Virus record (IMG/VR): IMGVR_UViG_3300043446_002035
Strand: one strand, 5' to 3'
DNA length: 64,000 bases
Source: an uncultured virus (IMG/VR IMGVR_UViG_3300043446_002035)
Lineage: Duplodnaviria; Heunggongvirae; Uroviricota; Caudoviricetes
The notes below the pieces were generated by a model. That model did no database searches. It saw only the letters and a list, made by a program, of their open reading frames with translations, and was not told the DNA's origin. Shown here in pieces: positions 29,528 to 39,117 of the stretch (its first letter is position 1; each line of letters begins with the position of its first letter). Both the position numbers and the translations under genes were made by a program.

Positions 29528-31192
29528 ATGGCAATTAAACTTTTTGGCTTTACTTTAGGCTCAAAGGATGTCGTCAAGGCTGAAAAGCCCGAACAGGCAT
29601 CTTTTGCTTTGCCTTCTGCAACCGTAGATGATGGTGCTGTTACCGTTACGCAGAATGCGTATTACGGTACCTATGTTGACCTAGAAGGTTCTGTTCGCAA
29701 CGAAATAGAACTTATCACACGATATCGTGAGATGTCAAATCACCCCGAATGTCAAATGGCTATTGATGAAATCGTCAATGAAGCCATTACTCATGACGAT
29801 AGAGGTAAAGTAGTTGATATTGTTTTAGACAATCTCAAACAGCCAGAGTCAATTAAGAAAAAGATTTCAGAAGAATTTAACAACGTCTTGAAGATGTTGA
29901 ACTTCAGTAATCTTGCTGATGATTTATTCAAACGTTGGTATATTGACGGTCGCATGTTTTATCATGTTGTAGTCAATGATAAAAATCCTAAAGAAGGTAT
30001 TCAAGAACTTAGATACATTGACCCACGCAAGATTCGTAAAGTGCGTGAAGTTAAAAAAGATCGTGATCCTAAAACAGGCGCCATGATTGTTGTATCGGTT
30101 GCTGAATATTATGTCTACAATGACCGTGGCACAACCACTCAAACATTTACATCAAATGTAGGTCAAGGTCTTCGTATTGCACCAGATTCAGTTATCAATA
30201 TTAATTCTGGTTTGATGGATGCCAAGAATACATTTGTTATCTCATACCTACACAAAGCAATCAAGCCACTCAATCAATTAAGAATGATTGAAGATGCGAT
30301 TGTTATCTATCGTATTAGCCGTGCGCCAGAACGCCGTATCTTTTATATTGACGTAGGTAATTTGCCACGTGGTAAAGCAGAACAATATCTGCGTGACATC
30401 ATGATCAAGTACCGTAACAAGTTGGTATATGATGCTAACACCGGTGAGATTCGTGATGAACGTAAGCACATGTCAATGCTTGAAGACTTCTGGTTACCAC
30501 GCCGTGAAGGTGGTAAAGGCACAGAAATTTCTACACTACCTGCTGGTCAAAACTTAGGTGAACTAGAAGATGTCAAGTATTTTCAAAAGAAACTTTTGCA
30601 ATCGCTTAATGTCCCATATTCAAGACTTGAATCACAAGAAGGCGGGCTTGCTGGCCTTGGTCGTAGTCAAGAAGTTACACGTGACGAACTAAAGTTTGCC
30701 AAGTTTGTTATTCGTCTGCGTAATAAGTTTTCACAAGTATTTGATGAAGCACTCAAGATTCAATTGGTACTAAAAGGCATTTGTACACGTGAAGAATGGG
30801 AATCGTTTAAAGAAGATATTTACTACGACTTCCGTAAAGACAATAACTTTACTGAACTGCGTGAAGCAGAGTTGCTACAAAACAGATTGCAAATGGTAGG
30901 TTTGGTTGATCCATACATTGGACGTTATTTCTCACAGCATTATGTCATGAACAAAGTTCTAATGATGACTGATGAAGAAATTGAAAATATGCAAAACCAA
31001 ATACAAGAAGAAAAAGATACTTTACCAGACAACATGCAAGGACCAGTAACTATGCAACAAGGCGCACAGCCTGCACAGTTACCACCAGAAGATAATACTA
31101 CCGAAAATGTAGAAGAAGAAGAGTCGTTGACGCCTGGTCTTGACGATGAGGTGAACAAGTCAGTGGTCAATATAAATAATAGACGCAGATAA
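29528..31192 (+). CDS. gp20: Portal protein gp20
   Basis: WYIDGR, YIDPRKI, IYRISRAPERRIFYIDVGNLP, EDFWLPRREGGKGTEI. Confidence 0.97.
   Translation: MAIKLFGFTLGSKDVVKAEKPEQASFALPSATVDDGAVTVTQNAYYGTYVDLEGSVRNEIELITRYREMSNHPECQMAIDEIVNEAITHDDRGKVVDIVLDNLKQPESIKKKISEEFNNVLKMLNFSNLADDLFKRWYIDGRMFYHVVVNDKNPKEGIQELRYIDPRKIRKVREVKKDRDPKTGAMIVVSVAEYYVYNDRGTTTQTFTSNVGQGLRIAPDSVININSGLMDAKNTFVISYLHKAIKPLNQLRMIEDAIVIYRISRAPERRIFYIDVGNLPRGKAEQYLRDIMIKYRNKLVYDANTGEIRDERKHMSMLEDFWLPRREGGKGTEISTLPAGQNLGELEDVKYFQKKLLQSLNVPYSRLESQEGGLAGLGRSQEVTRDELKFAKFVIRLRNKFSQVFDEALKIQLVLKGICTREEWESFKEDIYYDFRKDNNFTELREAELLQNRLQMVGLVDPYIGRYFSQHYVMNKVLMMTDEEIENMQNQIQEEKDTLPDNMQGPVTMQQGAQPAQLPPEDNTTENVEEEESLTPGLDDEVNKSVVNINNRRR
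31171..31178 (+). promoter_or_regulatory. T4-type late promoter TATAAATA
   Basis: Perfect consensus in the 3' end of gp20, upstream of prohead core genes. Confidence 0.7.
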
Positions 31193-31203
31193 GAAAGGTT
31201 ATT

Positions 31204-31404
31204 ATGGAAATTAAAGATATTATTAATAACATTGCCGCTGGTGATAGCGCAGCGGCAAAAGAAAGTATAGAAAATGTTTTATCCGCAAAAGCGTTCGATG
31301 CGCTGCAAGGCCGTAAGCAAGAAATCGCTTCTACTCTATTTGGCGGGAAAGACCAAAGCGACGAAGAAGTTACCGGCGATGAAGAAACTGTAGAACAAGA
31401 ATGA
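31204..31404 (+). CDS. Prohead core protein (gp67-like)
   Basis: 66 aa, acidic tail, position directly after portal. Confidence 0.65.
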   Translation: MEIKDIINNIAAGDSAAAKESIENVLSAKAFDALQGRKQEIASTLFGGKDQSDEEVTGDEETVEQE

Positions 31405-32156
31405 AGTCTTTACTGGAATTCAAATCTATTGTAGAAGAAGAGAAGCAAGACTACTCTAAGTTTGATGCACTTGTTCGTGCTGGTTTGGCGAACAAAGCAC
31501 AGTTGGCTCGTATTCATAAAATCTTAGATAAGATGGGTGAAGAACGACCACAATTCAACAATGCTGATCGTGAAATCATGCGTAATCTTTTTAATCGCAT
31601 GGTAGATTTGGTTTCCAGTAAACAGATTTATGGTAAAGCAAGACAAGCAGTACGTGAACAATTAGAAGAAGGTATGATTTCTACTGCTGATGTCAAGACT
31701 GATATTGAAGGTAAAAAACATCGTAGACATAGAATAAAGATTGGTGATGTAGGTTACGAAGTGCAAAAAGAAGCACGTATGGACACACCTCTTGTTCCGG
31801 ATCCACCTGTTATTTTGGTAATCAAACGTAAAGCAGTAAGATTGTATCCAGATGGTACACGTATTGCTTTATATTGGAGTGACAAACTAAAAAGAGTATT
31901 CAGTGTGCCTTATGGTCCTATGCTTGATTCACCAATTCAAGCAGAAGAATATGTCAAAGAATTGATGGAAGCAGAAGAGTTATTGCTCAATGATGGCAAC
32001 ATAATTAGTCTGAACGAAGAAACAAAACAACAAATTATAAACACATACGGTCAGTTAGAAGAAGATAGCAAAGAACATTTTTGGCAACAACTAACAGAGT
32101 CCGTAACAACGTTTGGAAAACTATATGAATTTTGTAGAACTAATTCTACAGAATAG
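31401..32156 (+). CDS. Hypothetical head-region protein (possible internal protein)
   Basis: 251 aa in the prohead core cluster; several (I/L)-x-E motifs resembling gp21 cleavage sites. Confidence 0.5.
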   Translation: MKSLLEFKSIVEEEKQDYSKFDALVRAGLANKAQLARIHKILDKMGEERPQFNNADREIMRNLFNRMVDLVSSKQIYGKARQAVREQLEEGMISTADVKTDIEGKKHRRHRIKIGDVGYEVQKEARMDTPLVPDPPVILVIKRKAVRLYPDGTRIALYWSDKLKRVFSVPYGPMLDSPIQAEEYVKELMEAEELLLNDGNIISLNEETKQQIINTYGQLEEDSKEHFWQQLTESVTTFGKLYEFCRTNSTE

Positions 32157-32586
32157 ATTAGACGAAGCCAAAGAGTTAATCTTTGCACGTTTGGATGATA
32201 TTGCTTCTGTTAGATTAGAAGAAGCAAAGCCGTATGTTGTTGATGCAATGTACGAAGAGATTGAAGTTGACGAAGAAGTATTAGAAGAAGCAATTAAAAA
32301 ACGCAACCCAAACATTGTAAAGATGGGTCGTATACAAAAGATTCGTCGCCGTATTCGTCGCAACAAAAAAGGTAGAATTGTCGTACAAAGAAATGTAAGA
32401 CGTTCAGGTATTAAAGGCTATCGTTTGTCTGGTAACACAGTAAAACGTATACCAGCAACAGTAAGATTACGTAAAGCACGTTTGTTGAAACGTTCTTGGA
32501 AGACAACTAGAAAAAGTAAACTAAGACGCACATTGTTAAAAAGAAAAATGTCAATGCGCCGTCGTAAATCTATGGGACTAAAGTAA
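32125..32586 (+). CDS. Prohead core protein (gp68-like), highly basic C-terminal half
   Basis: Acidic N-half, R/K-rich C-half ending MSMRRRKSMGLK; position before gp21. Confidence 0.6.
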   Translation: MNFVELILQNRLDEAKELIFARLDDIASVRLEEAKPYVVDAMYEEIEVDEEVLEEAIKKRNPNIVKMGRIQKIRRRIRRNKKGRIVVQRNVRRSGIKGYRLSGNTVKRIPATVRLRKARLLKRSWKTTRKSKLRRTLLKRKMSMRRRKSMGLK

Positions 32587-32955
32587 ATGGCAAGCTACGA
32601 AATTACCCAATCATTGAAACAAAAAACTTTGATTCGTATTATTGGTACAGGTAACGCACGAATCAATCTTTCACAGATGGCCAGAAATGCTGGTGAAACA
32701 GTTCAGTCTGCTGATATTTCAATTGTGTCTGGTGTAACAGAAGGTGTATGGAAAGTTTATCGTGGCAATGATGCTACAGGTCAATTGATTTTTGAACTTC
32801 CAGCTTTCTCAAATTTTGAGATGACTGAATTTGATTCAGCAATTGCTAACTCTGCTACAGCAAATGTTTTTGTTACAAACTCTGGTGCAACTGGCACGTT
32901 GTTTTTACAAATGGCAAAAACATCAACATTTAATCCTCCATTGGATAGCGTATAA
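32587..32955 (+). CDS. Hypothetical structural protein
   Basis: 122-aa beta-rich ORF abutting neighbours in the head cluster. Confidence 0.55.
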   Translation: MASYEITQSLKQKTLIRIIGTGNARINLSQMARNAGETVQSADISIVSGVTEGVWKVYRGNDATGQLIFELPAFSNFEMTEFDSAIANSATANVFVTNSGATGTLFLQMAKTSTFNPPLDSV

Positions 32956-32963
32956 GGATTTCC

Positions 32964-33614
32964 ATGAAACTCATTAAAGAACATATTGAAAATGTAAGAT
33001 ATCTCACCGAAAAAACTGAAGACGGTAAAAAGAATCTATACATTGAAGGTACATTTCTAGTTGGTGATGCAGTCAATCGCAACAACCGTATGTACAAAAT
33101 GGATACACTCCGTAATGAAGTCGCACGATATACAGAAGAATATATCAACACCAATCGTGCGCTTGGTGAACTAGGACATCCAGATACACCTTCACTAAAT
33201 CTAGAACGTGTGTCACACAAGATTACAAGTTTGGTAGAGAATGGTAATACATTTGTGGGTAAAGCACTGATTATGGAAACACCTTATGGATTAATCGCTA
33301 AGAATCTTATTGAATCTGGTGTTAATCTTGGTGTTTCTTCACGTGCTTTAGGTTCTGTTGTAATGACAAAAGAAGGTTATAATCTAGTACAAGATGACCT
33401 GCGTCTTGCAACTGCTGCTGATATCGTTGCTGACCCTTCTGCTCCTGGTGCTTTCGTTCAAGGTATCATGGAAAACAAAGAATGGATGTTCGTAGAAGGT
33501 AAATTTGTAGAGTCACACATTGACTATGCTAAACAGCAAATTCGCAAAGCATCACGCAGAGATATTGAAACAGTTGGATTACAACTTTTCGAAAACTTCC
33601 TACGAAAACTTTAA
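32964..33614 (+). CDS. gp21: Prohead core protease gp21
   Basis: NRNNRMY, ALGELGHP, GVSSRALGS, DIVADPSAPGAFV. Confidence 0.96.
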   Translation: MKLIKEHIENVRYLTEKTEDGKKNLYIEGTFLVGDAVNRNNRMYKMDTLRNEVARYTEEYINTNRALGELGHPDTPSLNLERVSHKITSLVENGNTFVGKALIMETPYGLIAKNLIESGVNLGVSSRALGSVVMTKEGYNLVQDDLRLATAADIVADPSAPGAFVQGIMENKEWMFVEGKFVESHIDYAKQQIRKASRRDIETVGLQLFENFLRKL

Positions 33615-33618
33615 ATTT

Positions 33619-33626
33619 TATAAATA
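33619..33626 (+). promoter_or_regulatory. T4-type late promoter TATAAATA for gp22
   Basis: Perfect consensus, intergenic, upstream of AAGGAG. Confidence 0.8.
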
Positions 33627-33648
33627 AGAAATCATAAGGAGATATTCA

Positions 33649-34752
33649 ATGGCAACAAACAAACTCATGGAAGCAGCAGCAGAAATTCTTGCATCTAGCA
33701 AGTCATCTGCTCCTGGTATGCCAATGCCTAAGTTAGCCTCTGTTACTCCAGGTAATCCTGGAACACCAGAAGACTTGGGTGGTCCTACATATCACAATAA
33801 CAAGCCTACTGACGATTCTAACAAATTGAACATGAAGGGCAAAGATACATCTGGAACAAACCAGGCTTCTATCAAGACAAAACCTTCCGCAGCATCAAGC
33901 GATGTTCAACTTGGCGACAAGAACATGAAAGCGGGCACAGGTACAGCAATGATGCCTGAAGAAACAGAAGATGAAAGCGAATTGGTACTTGATGATGAAT
34001 CAGCAATTGAAGAAATGAAAGCACAGATGAAAGAAGATGTTGCTTCATTGTTTGCTGATGATGCATCAATTTCTTCAGACTTCAAAACAAAGGCTGCTAC
34101 AATCTTTGAAGCACGTGTATTTGACCGTGTAGCACAGATTCAAGAACAAATGGAAGCAGAATATGCTGGCATGTTGGCTGAGGCTGTTGAAGAAATCAAA
34201 GCAGAACTTACAGAAAAGGTAGATGATTACCTAAACTACGTAGTAGAGCAGTGGATAGATGAAAACGAAATCGCTATTGAAAGCGGTCTGCGTTCAGAAA
34301 TCACAGAAGACTTTATTGCTGGTCTGCGTAATCTTTTTGCTGAAAACTACATTAACGTTCCAGAAGATAAAGTCGAACTGGTAGATGAACTTGCATCTAA
34401 AGTTGAAGAACTGGAAGTTAAACTGAATGAAGAAATTGAAGCAAATATTCAGTACAAAAAACAACTTACTGAAGCAATCAAAGTACAACTGGTAAATGAA
34501 GTTTGTGAAGGTCTCACAGCAACTCAAGTAGAAAAAATTAAATCACTTGCAGAGAGTGTAGATTTTTCCACAGAGGAAGAATATAAAGAAAAACTTGAGA
34601 CAATTCGTGAGAATTACTTCCCATCTGGCGTTAAGAAAGCCGATGCTGCACAACTTCATGAAGAAGTAGAAGACGATGGTAGCGAAAAGAAAACTGCCGC
34701 TGACCCATACGTTGCTTCAGTTGCACAAGCGATTTCAAAAATCAAACTTTAA
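33649..34752 (+). CDS. gp22: Prohead scaffolding protein gp22
   Basis: FKTKAATIFEA, VDDYLNYVVEQW..EN..AIESG, acidic coiled coil. Confidence 0.93.
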   Translation: MATNKLMEAAAEILASSKSSAPGMPMPKLASVTPGNPGTPEDLGGPTYHNNKPTDDSNKLNMKGKDTSGTNQASIKTKPSAASSDVQLGDKNMKAGTGTAMMPEETEDESELVLDDESAIEEMKAQMKEDVASLFADDASISSDFKTKAATIFEARVFDRVAQIQEQMEAEYAGMLAEAVEEIKAELTEKVDDYLNYVVEQWIDENEIAIESGLRSEITEDFIAGLRNLFAENYINVPEDKVELVDELASKVEELEVKLNEEIEANIQYKKQLTEAIKVQLVNEVCEGLTATQVEKIKSLAESVDFSTEEEYKEKLETIRENYFPSGVKKADAAQLHEEVEDDGSEKKTAADPYVASVAQAISKIKL

Positions 34753-34776
34753 ATAATAACAAAAGGAGATACAATA

Positions 34777-36120
34777 ATGTATTTGTCTGAAAATCTACAA
34801 AACAAATGGGAAAGCGTTCTGGATCATCCAGATATGCCTAAGATTGCTGACCCATACCGCAAAGCAGTCACAGCGGTAATTCTTGAGAACCAAGCTCAAG
34901 AAATGATTAAAGAATCTGGTATTCTGCAAGAAACAGGTTCACCAACTAACTTTGCTGGTACAGGTGGTTTCGGTGGCGGTGCTGCTGCTGCTGGTCCTGT
35001 TGCTGGTTTTGATCCAATTCTGATCAGTCTGGTTCGTCGTTCACTGCCAAACCTGATTGCTTATGACGTTTGCGGCGTTCAGCCAATGACAGGTCCTACA
35101 GGCCTGATCTTTGCAATGCGTACACGTTATGCTGGTCAAACTGGTACAGAAGCATTCTACAACGAAGCAAACACAGCATTCTCAGGTGCTAATGGTGCAA
35201 TCGTTGCTTCTTCAATGAGCATCGCTGGTAACACAACTGACTATCTGTTCGTTGGTAACGCTGCTCCAACAGGTGCTATGACAACTGGTTCTGCTGAAGC
35301 ACTGGGTGATGGCGCTGCTGGTAACACATTCCAAGAAATGGCATTCTCAATTGAGAAAGTCACTGTAACAGCACGTACACGTGCGCTGAAAGCAGAATAC
35401 TCAATGGAACTGGCACAAGACTTGAAAGCAGTTCATGGTCTTGACGCTGAAACAGAACTGGCTAACATTCTGTCCGCTGAAATTCTTGCTGAAATCAACC
35501 GTGAAGTTATCCGTACAATCTACAGAATCGCTAAACCAGGTTGCCAAGCAGGTACAACAACTGCTGGTGCATTTAACCTTGACACAGATTCTAACGGTCG
35601 TTGGATGGTTGAAAAGATTAAAGGTCTGGCATTCCAGATTGAGCGTGAAGCAAACCAAATTGCTAAGACAACTCGTCGTGGTAAAGGTAACATCGTTATC
35701 TGTTCTTCAGACGTAGCTTCTGCTCTGGCGATGGCTGGTATTCTTGACTACAACTCAGCACTGGCTGGTCAAGTATCACTGACAGTTGATGACACTGGTA
35801 ACACATTTGCTGGTACAATCTTCGGTCGTATCAAAGTCTACATCGATCCATACTTCCCAACAGGCTCAACATCTGAGTTTGCTGTAGTTGGTTACAAAGG
35901 CACAAACGCATATGATGCTGGTATGTTCTACTGCCCATACGTACCGCTGCAAATGGTTCGTGCAGTTGACACTGGTACATTCCAGCCAAAAATTGGCTTC
36001 AAGACACGTTATGGTCTAGTTGCTAACCCATTTGCTGAAGGCACAACACAAGGTCTTGGTACTCTGAACACTCAGAGCAACAACTACTATCGTGGTTTCC
36101 GTATTGCGAACCTGATGTAA
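34777..36120 (+). CDS. gp23: Major capsid protein gp23
   Basis: LVRRSLPNLIAYDVCGVQPMTGPTGLIFAMR, RALKAEYS.ELAQDLKAVHGLDAE, FQPKIGFKTRYG. Confidence 0.98.
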   Translation: MYLSENLQNKWESVLDHPDMPKIADPYRKAVTAVILENQAQEMIKESGILQETGSPTNFAGTGGFGGGAAAAGPVAGFDPILISLVRRSLPNLIAYDVCGVQPMTGPTGLIFAMRTRYAGQTGTEAFYNEANTAFSGANGAIVASSMSIAGNTTDYLFVGNAAPTGAMTTGSAEALGDGAAGNTFQEMAFSIEKVTVTARTRALKAEYSMELAQDLKAVHGLDAETELANILSAEILAEINREVIRTIYRIAKPGCQAGTTTAGAFNLDTDSNGRWMVEKIKGLAFQIEREANQIAKTTRRGKGNIVICSSDVASALAMAGILDYNSALAGQVSLTVDDTGNTFAGTIFGRIKVYIDPYFPTGSTSEFAVVGYKGTNAYDAGMFYCPYVPLQMVRAVDTGTFQPKIGFKTRYGLVANPFAEGTTQGLGTLNTQSNNYYRGFRIANLM

Positions 36121-36164
36121 TTTGTTTCTTAGCAGATGAAGTCACCGTTAAGAGTGACGACTTC

Positions 36165-36193
36165 AAAGAGGCTCCTTCGGGAGCCTCTTTTTT
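36165..36193 (+). terminator. Intrinsic terminator with UUCG tetraloop after gp23
   Basis: aaagaggctcc-ttcg-ggagcctcttt plus T-run. Confidence 0.92.
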
Positions 36194-36199
36194 ATGGTG

Positions 36200-36207
36200 C
36201 ATAAATA
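36200..36207 (+). promoter_or_regulatory. Putative late promoter (CATAAATA) for gp3
   Basis: Directly after the terminator and only 5 nt before the ATG, so the transcript would be nearly leaderless. Confidence 0.55.
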
Positions 36208-36212
36208 CACAT

Positions 36213-36752
36213 ATGACAGTTCTAACACGCAACCCTACAAATCCAAATAGCCTACAGCCTAACAAGTTTACGCTGAATTTGGCTCGCACACCCAATCTGC
36301 AATACTTTGCACAGACGATTTCTTTGCCTGGTCTTTCTACATCAGAAATACCTGTACAAAACCCGTTCGTTGAATTGTATGCACCTGGTGAAAAAGCAAT
36401 CTATGATGTATTGAATGTTACCTTTATTGTTGATGCTGAACTGTTATCTTGGTTAGAAATACATGATTGGCTTCGTGCTTTAACATTCCCGACAGAGTAT
36501 GAAGAATATCAAAACTTGGCAAAACTGAATCAATTTGCTTCAGCAGTGCCAACAAAAACACCACAGTATTCTGACGGTGCAGTAACAATTCTATCTGCAT
36601 CCAATAAGCCATATTATCGTTTCAACTTCAAAGATTTATTTCCAATATCACTTTCTGGTTTTGTTATGTCATCTACCGACACACCAGACACAATCATTAC
36701 AGCAGACGCCACATTCAGATTTACCTATTATAACGTAGAAAAATTATTCTAA
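36213..36752 (+). CDS. gp3: Tail completion / tube terminator gp3
   Basis: F.Q...LPG, L.VTFIVD..L..W.EIHDW, FKDLFP.SL; position after gp23 as in marine/freshwater T4-like phages. Confidence 0.85.
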   Translation: MTVLTRNPTNPNSLQPNKFTLNLARTPNLQYFAQTISLPGLSTSEIPVQNPFVELYAPGEKAIYDVLNVTFIVDAELLSWLEIHDWLRALTFPTEYEEYQNLAKLNQFASAVPTKTPQYSDGAVTILSASNKPYYRFNFKDLFPISLSGFVMSSTDTPDTIITADATFRFTYYNVEKLF

Positions 36753-36755
36753 TTG

Positions 36756-36764
36756 TGATATACT
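36756..36764 (+). promoter_or_regulatory. Extended -10 promoter (TG-A-TATACT) upstream of uvsY
   Basis: TGnTATACT, no clear -35; overlaps an RBS-sequestering hairpin. Confidence 0.5.
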
Positions 36765-36782
36765 CCTAATAGGAGGTATAAT

Positions 36783-37217
36783 ATGAGCAAACTTGACGAA
36801 GTATTACAAATGTGGACTGCGGATTCAAACATTGACCGCACTGAACCAGGTAAGGCACTGATTGATATTCCCAAACTACATTCAAAGTATCTGAACATTC
36901 TTTCTTCACATCGGTTATTGGCCAAAGAAGCAGAGTTCAACTACAACAAATGGCGAAAGCTAAAATGGGAATACTACACTGGTAGACTTGATGAAGAAGA
37001 ACTTGAGAGTCGTGGTTGGCAACCATTTCCATACACACTCAAATCCGAAATCAATACATACTTAGAGGCAGATGAAGATATCAATAAGTACCTTGCAAAG
37101 AAGTTATTGCATGAAGAAATTGTTGAGGTCTGTCAGGCAATATTAAAAGAATTGAACAATAGGACTTGGGAGTTAAGGTCCTTTATTGATTGGGAAAAAT
37201 TCATACAAGGTGTCTGA
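36783..37217 (+). CDS. uvsY: Recombination mediator UvsY
   Basis: IPKLHSKY, KWEYYTG, YLEADED, I.W.KF..G; precedes uvsW. Confidence 0.9.
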   Translation: MSKLDEVLQMWTADSNIDRTEPGKALIDIPKLHSKYLNILSSHRLLAKEAEFNYNKWRKLKWEYYTGRLDEEELESRGWQPFPYTLKSEINTYLEADEDINKYLAKKLLHEEIVEVCQAILKELNNRTWELRSFIDWEKFIQGV

Positions 37218-38691
37218 TTTAATTTTACGTAAACAGAATGAAGCATTTATCAAGTTTGAGTGTGAAAGAAACATTGCACAAGAACTTGCAGACTACTTTA
37301 CTTTCTTTGTACCTGGTTATCAGTTTATGCCAGCGTACAAGAATCGTTTATGGGATGGACGCATAAGACTTGCTGACTTACGTACATACACTATCTATCA
37401 TGGACTTGTGCCTTACATTGAGAAGTTTTGTGAAGAGAGAGGTTACAAACTTGAGATTGATGCTGCTGTAACTAACGCTGAAAGTTTCTCAGCAATAGAG
37501 GCCAATGAGTTTCTGGAGCAACTTCATTTGGACAAGACCATTATAACAGAAGGTGTAAGGGAGTATCAATACAAAGCCTTCTTATTTGCCGTTAGAAACA
37601 AAAGAATGTTATTATTGTCGCCGACCGGTTCAGGTAAGTCGTTGATACAATACTTGATACTAAGGTACTTACAACACAAAGGTTACAAGAAAGGACTTTT
37701 AATTGTTCCTACAACTTCTCTTGTTGAGCAAATGTATTCTGATTTTGAATCTTATGGTTACGATGCCGCAAACTATGCCCATCGACAGTATTCAGGAAAA
37801 GATAAGCATACGGATAGATTTCTGACAATCACCACCTGGCAATCTATCTACAAGAATCCTCCCGAATACTTTGAACAGTTTGATTTTGTTTTAGGTGATG
37901 AAGCACATCAGTTCAAGGCCAAGTCATTGACTACTATTATGACTGGTTTGAAGAATGCAAAGTACCGTATTGGTTGCACAGGTACAATTGATGGTACACA
38001 AACTCACAAATTAGTGTTAGAGGGTTTGTTTGGTCCTGTGTATCAATCTACAACTACGGCTAAACTGATTGAGAACAAACAACTGGCAGACTTCCGCATC
38101 AAGTGTTTGGTATTGAAATATCCTGATGAAGTGTGTAAACTATCCAGAGGTTGGGACTATCAATCCGAAATAGACTACATAGTTAGAAGTGCTTCAAGAA
38201 ATGAATTCATTCGCAACCTTGCATTGTCACTTGAAGGTAACTCACTTGTACTATTCAATTTGGTAGAAAAACACGGCAAGCATCTTCACAAAATGATTGA
38301 AGAGAAAGCTGGCAATAGACATGTTTTCTTTGTGTATGGTGGCACAGATGTTGAAGTTCGTGAGCAAGTTCGTGCCATTACAGAAAAGCAAAATGATGCT
38401 ATTATTGTCGCATCATACGGTACATTCAGTACGGGCATCAATATTCGTAATCTTCATAATGTTGTTTTTGCTTCACCGTCTAAATCAAGGGTAAGAAATC
38501 TACAGTCAATCGGCAGAGGTCTTAGAATAGGTGACAACAAAACTGAGGCTGTCCTATATGACATAGCAGATGATTTTCGTATAGGTAAACATGTTAATTA
38601 CACGTTGCAACATCTACAAGAACGTGTTAGAATATACGATGAAGAAAAATTCAAATACAAGTTTTACAATATAGAGGTCAAGAATGCATAA
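37210..38691 (+). CDS. uvsW: SF2 DNA helicase UvsW
   Basis: WDGRIRL, SPTGSGKS, DEAH, QSIGRGLR; probable GTG start at 37210. Confidence 0.95.
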   Translation: MSDLILRKQNEAFIKFECERNIAQELADYFTFFVPGYQFMPAYKNRLWDGRIRLADLRTYTIYHGLVPYIEKFCEERGYKLEIDAAVTNAESFSAIEANEFLEQLHLDKTIITEGVREYQYKAFLFAVRNKRMLLLSPTGSGKSLIQYLILRYLQHKGYKKGLLIVPTTSLVEQMYSDFESYGYDAANYAHRQYSGKDKHTDRFLTITTWQSIYKNPPEYFEQFDFVLGDEAHQFKAKSLTTIMTGLKNAKYRIGCTGTIDGTQTHKLVLEGLFGPVYQSTTTAKLIENKQLADFRIKCLVLKYPDEVCKLSRGWDYQSEIDYIVRSASRNEFIRNLALSLEGNSLVLFNLVEKHGKHLHKMIEEKAGNRHVFFVYGGTDVEVREQVRAITEKQNDAIIVASYGTFSTGINIRNLHNVVFASPSKSRVRNLQSIGRGLRIGDNKTEAVLYDIADDFRIGKHVNYTLQHLQERVRIYDEEKFKYKFYNIEVKNA

Positions 38692-39103
38692 CGTAAAGCT
38701 AATAAGAATGCAATCTGGTGAAGATATCATGGCTTCTATGTTTGAGGATGATAACTCAGATCAAATACAATTGAATGATCCCATGCGTATTGTGTTTCGC
38801 CGTTTGCCTACTGGTCAAACAGTTATGATGATGATGCCTTGGTTGCCAGTTGAATTGATAAAAGAAAACTCTGCAATGATTTATTATTCAGACATTGTGA
38901 CTGTTGTTGAACCCAAAGAATCAATGATACGATATTATGACAAACTTGTTGAACGTACAATTGAAGAAATGGCTGATTCAGATAAGATGATAAACAATCT
39001 TCTAGAAGAGCAAGAAGGTGAAGAAGAACAAAATATAGAACAACAAATTATGGATGAAGTGCTTCAAAGTATACATGAGGCAAAAAACAAGAAACTACAT
39101 TAA
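38684..39103 (+). CDS. Conserved T4-like hypothetical protein (Sm-like pattern)
   Basis: KLIRMQSGEDI...L.DPM...MMPW; usual position downstream of uvsW. Confidence 0.6.
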   Translation: MHNVKLIRMQSGEDIMASMFEDDNSDQIQLNDPMRIVFRRLPTGQTVMMMMPWLPVELIKENSAMIYYSDIVTVVEPKESMIRYYDKLVERTIEEMADSDKMINNLLEEQEGEEEQNIEQQIMDEVLQSIHEAKNKKLH

Positions 39104-39117
39104 TAGGAATTTTCGTT

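Noticed and set aside
36118..36132. Capsid stop-codon readthrough stimulated by downstream structure
   Set aside because: An in-frame TAG follows four codons later, so no meaningful extension
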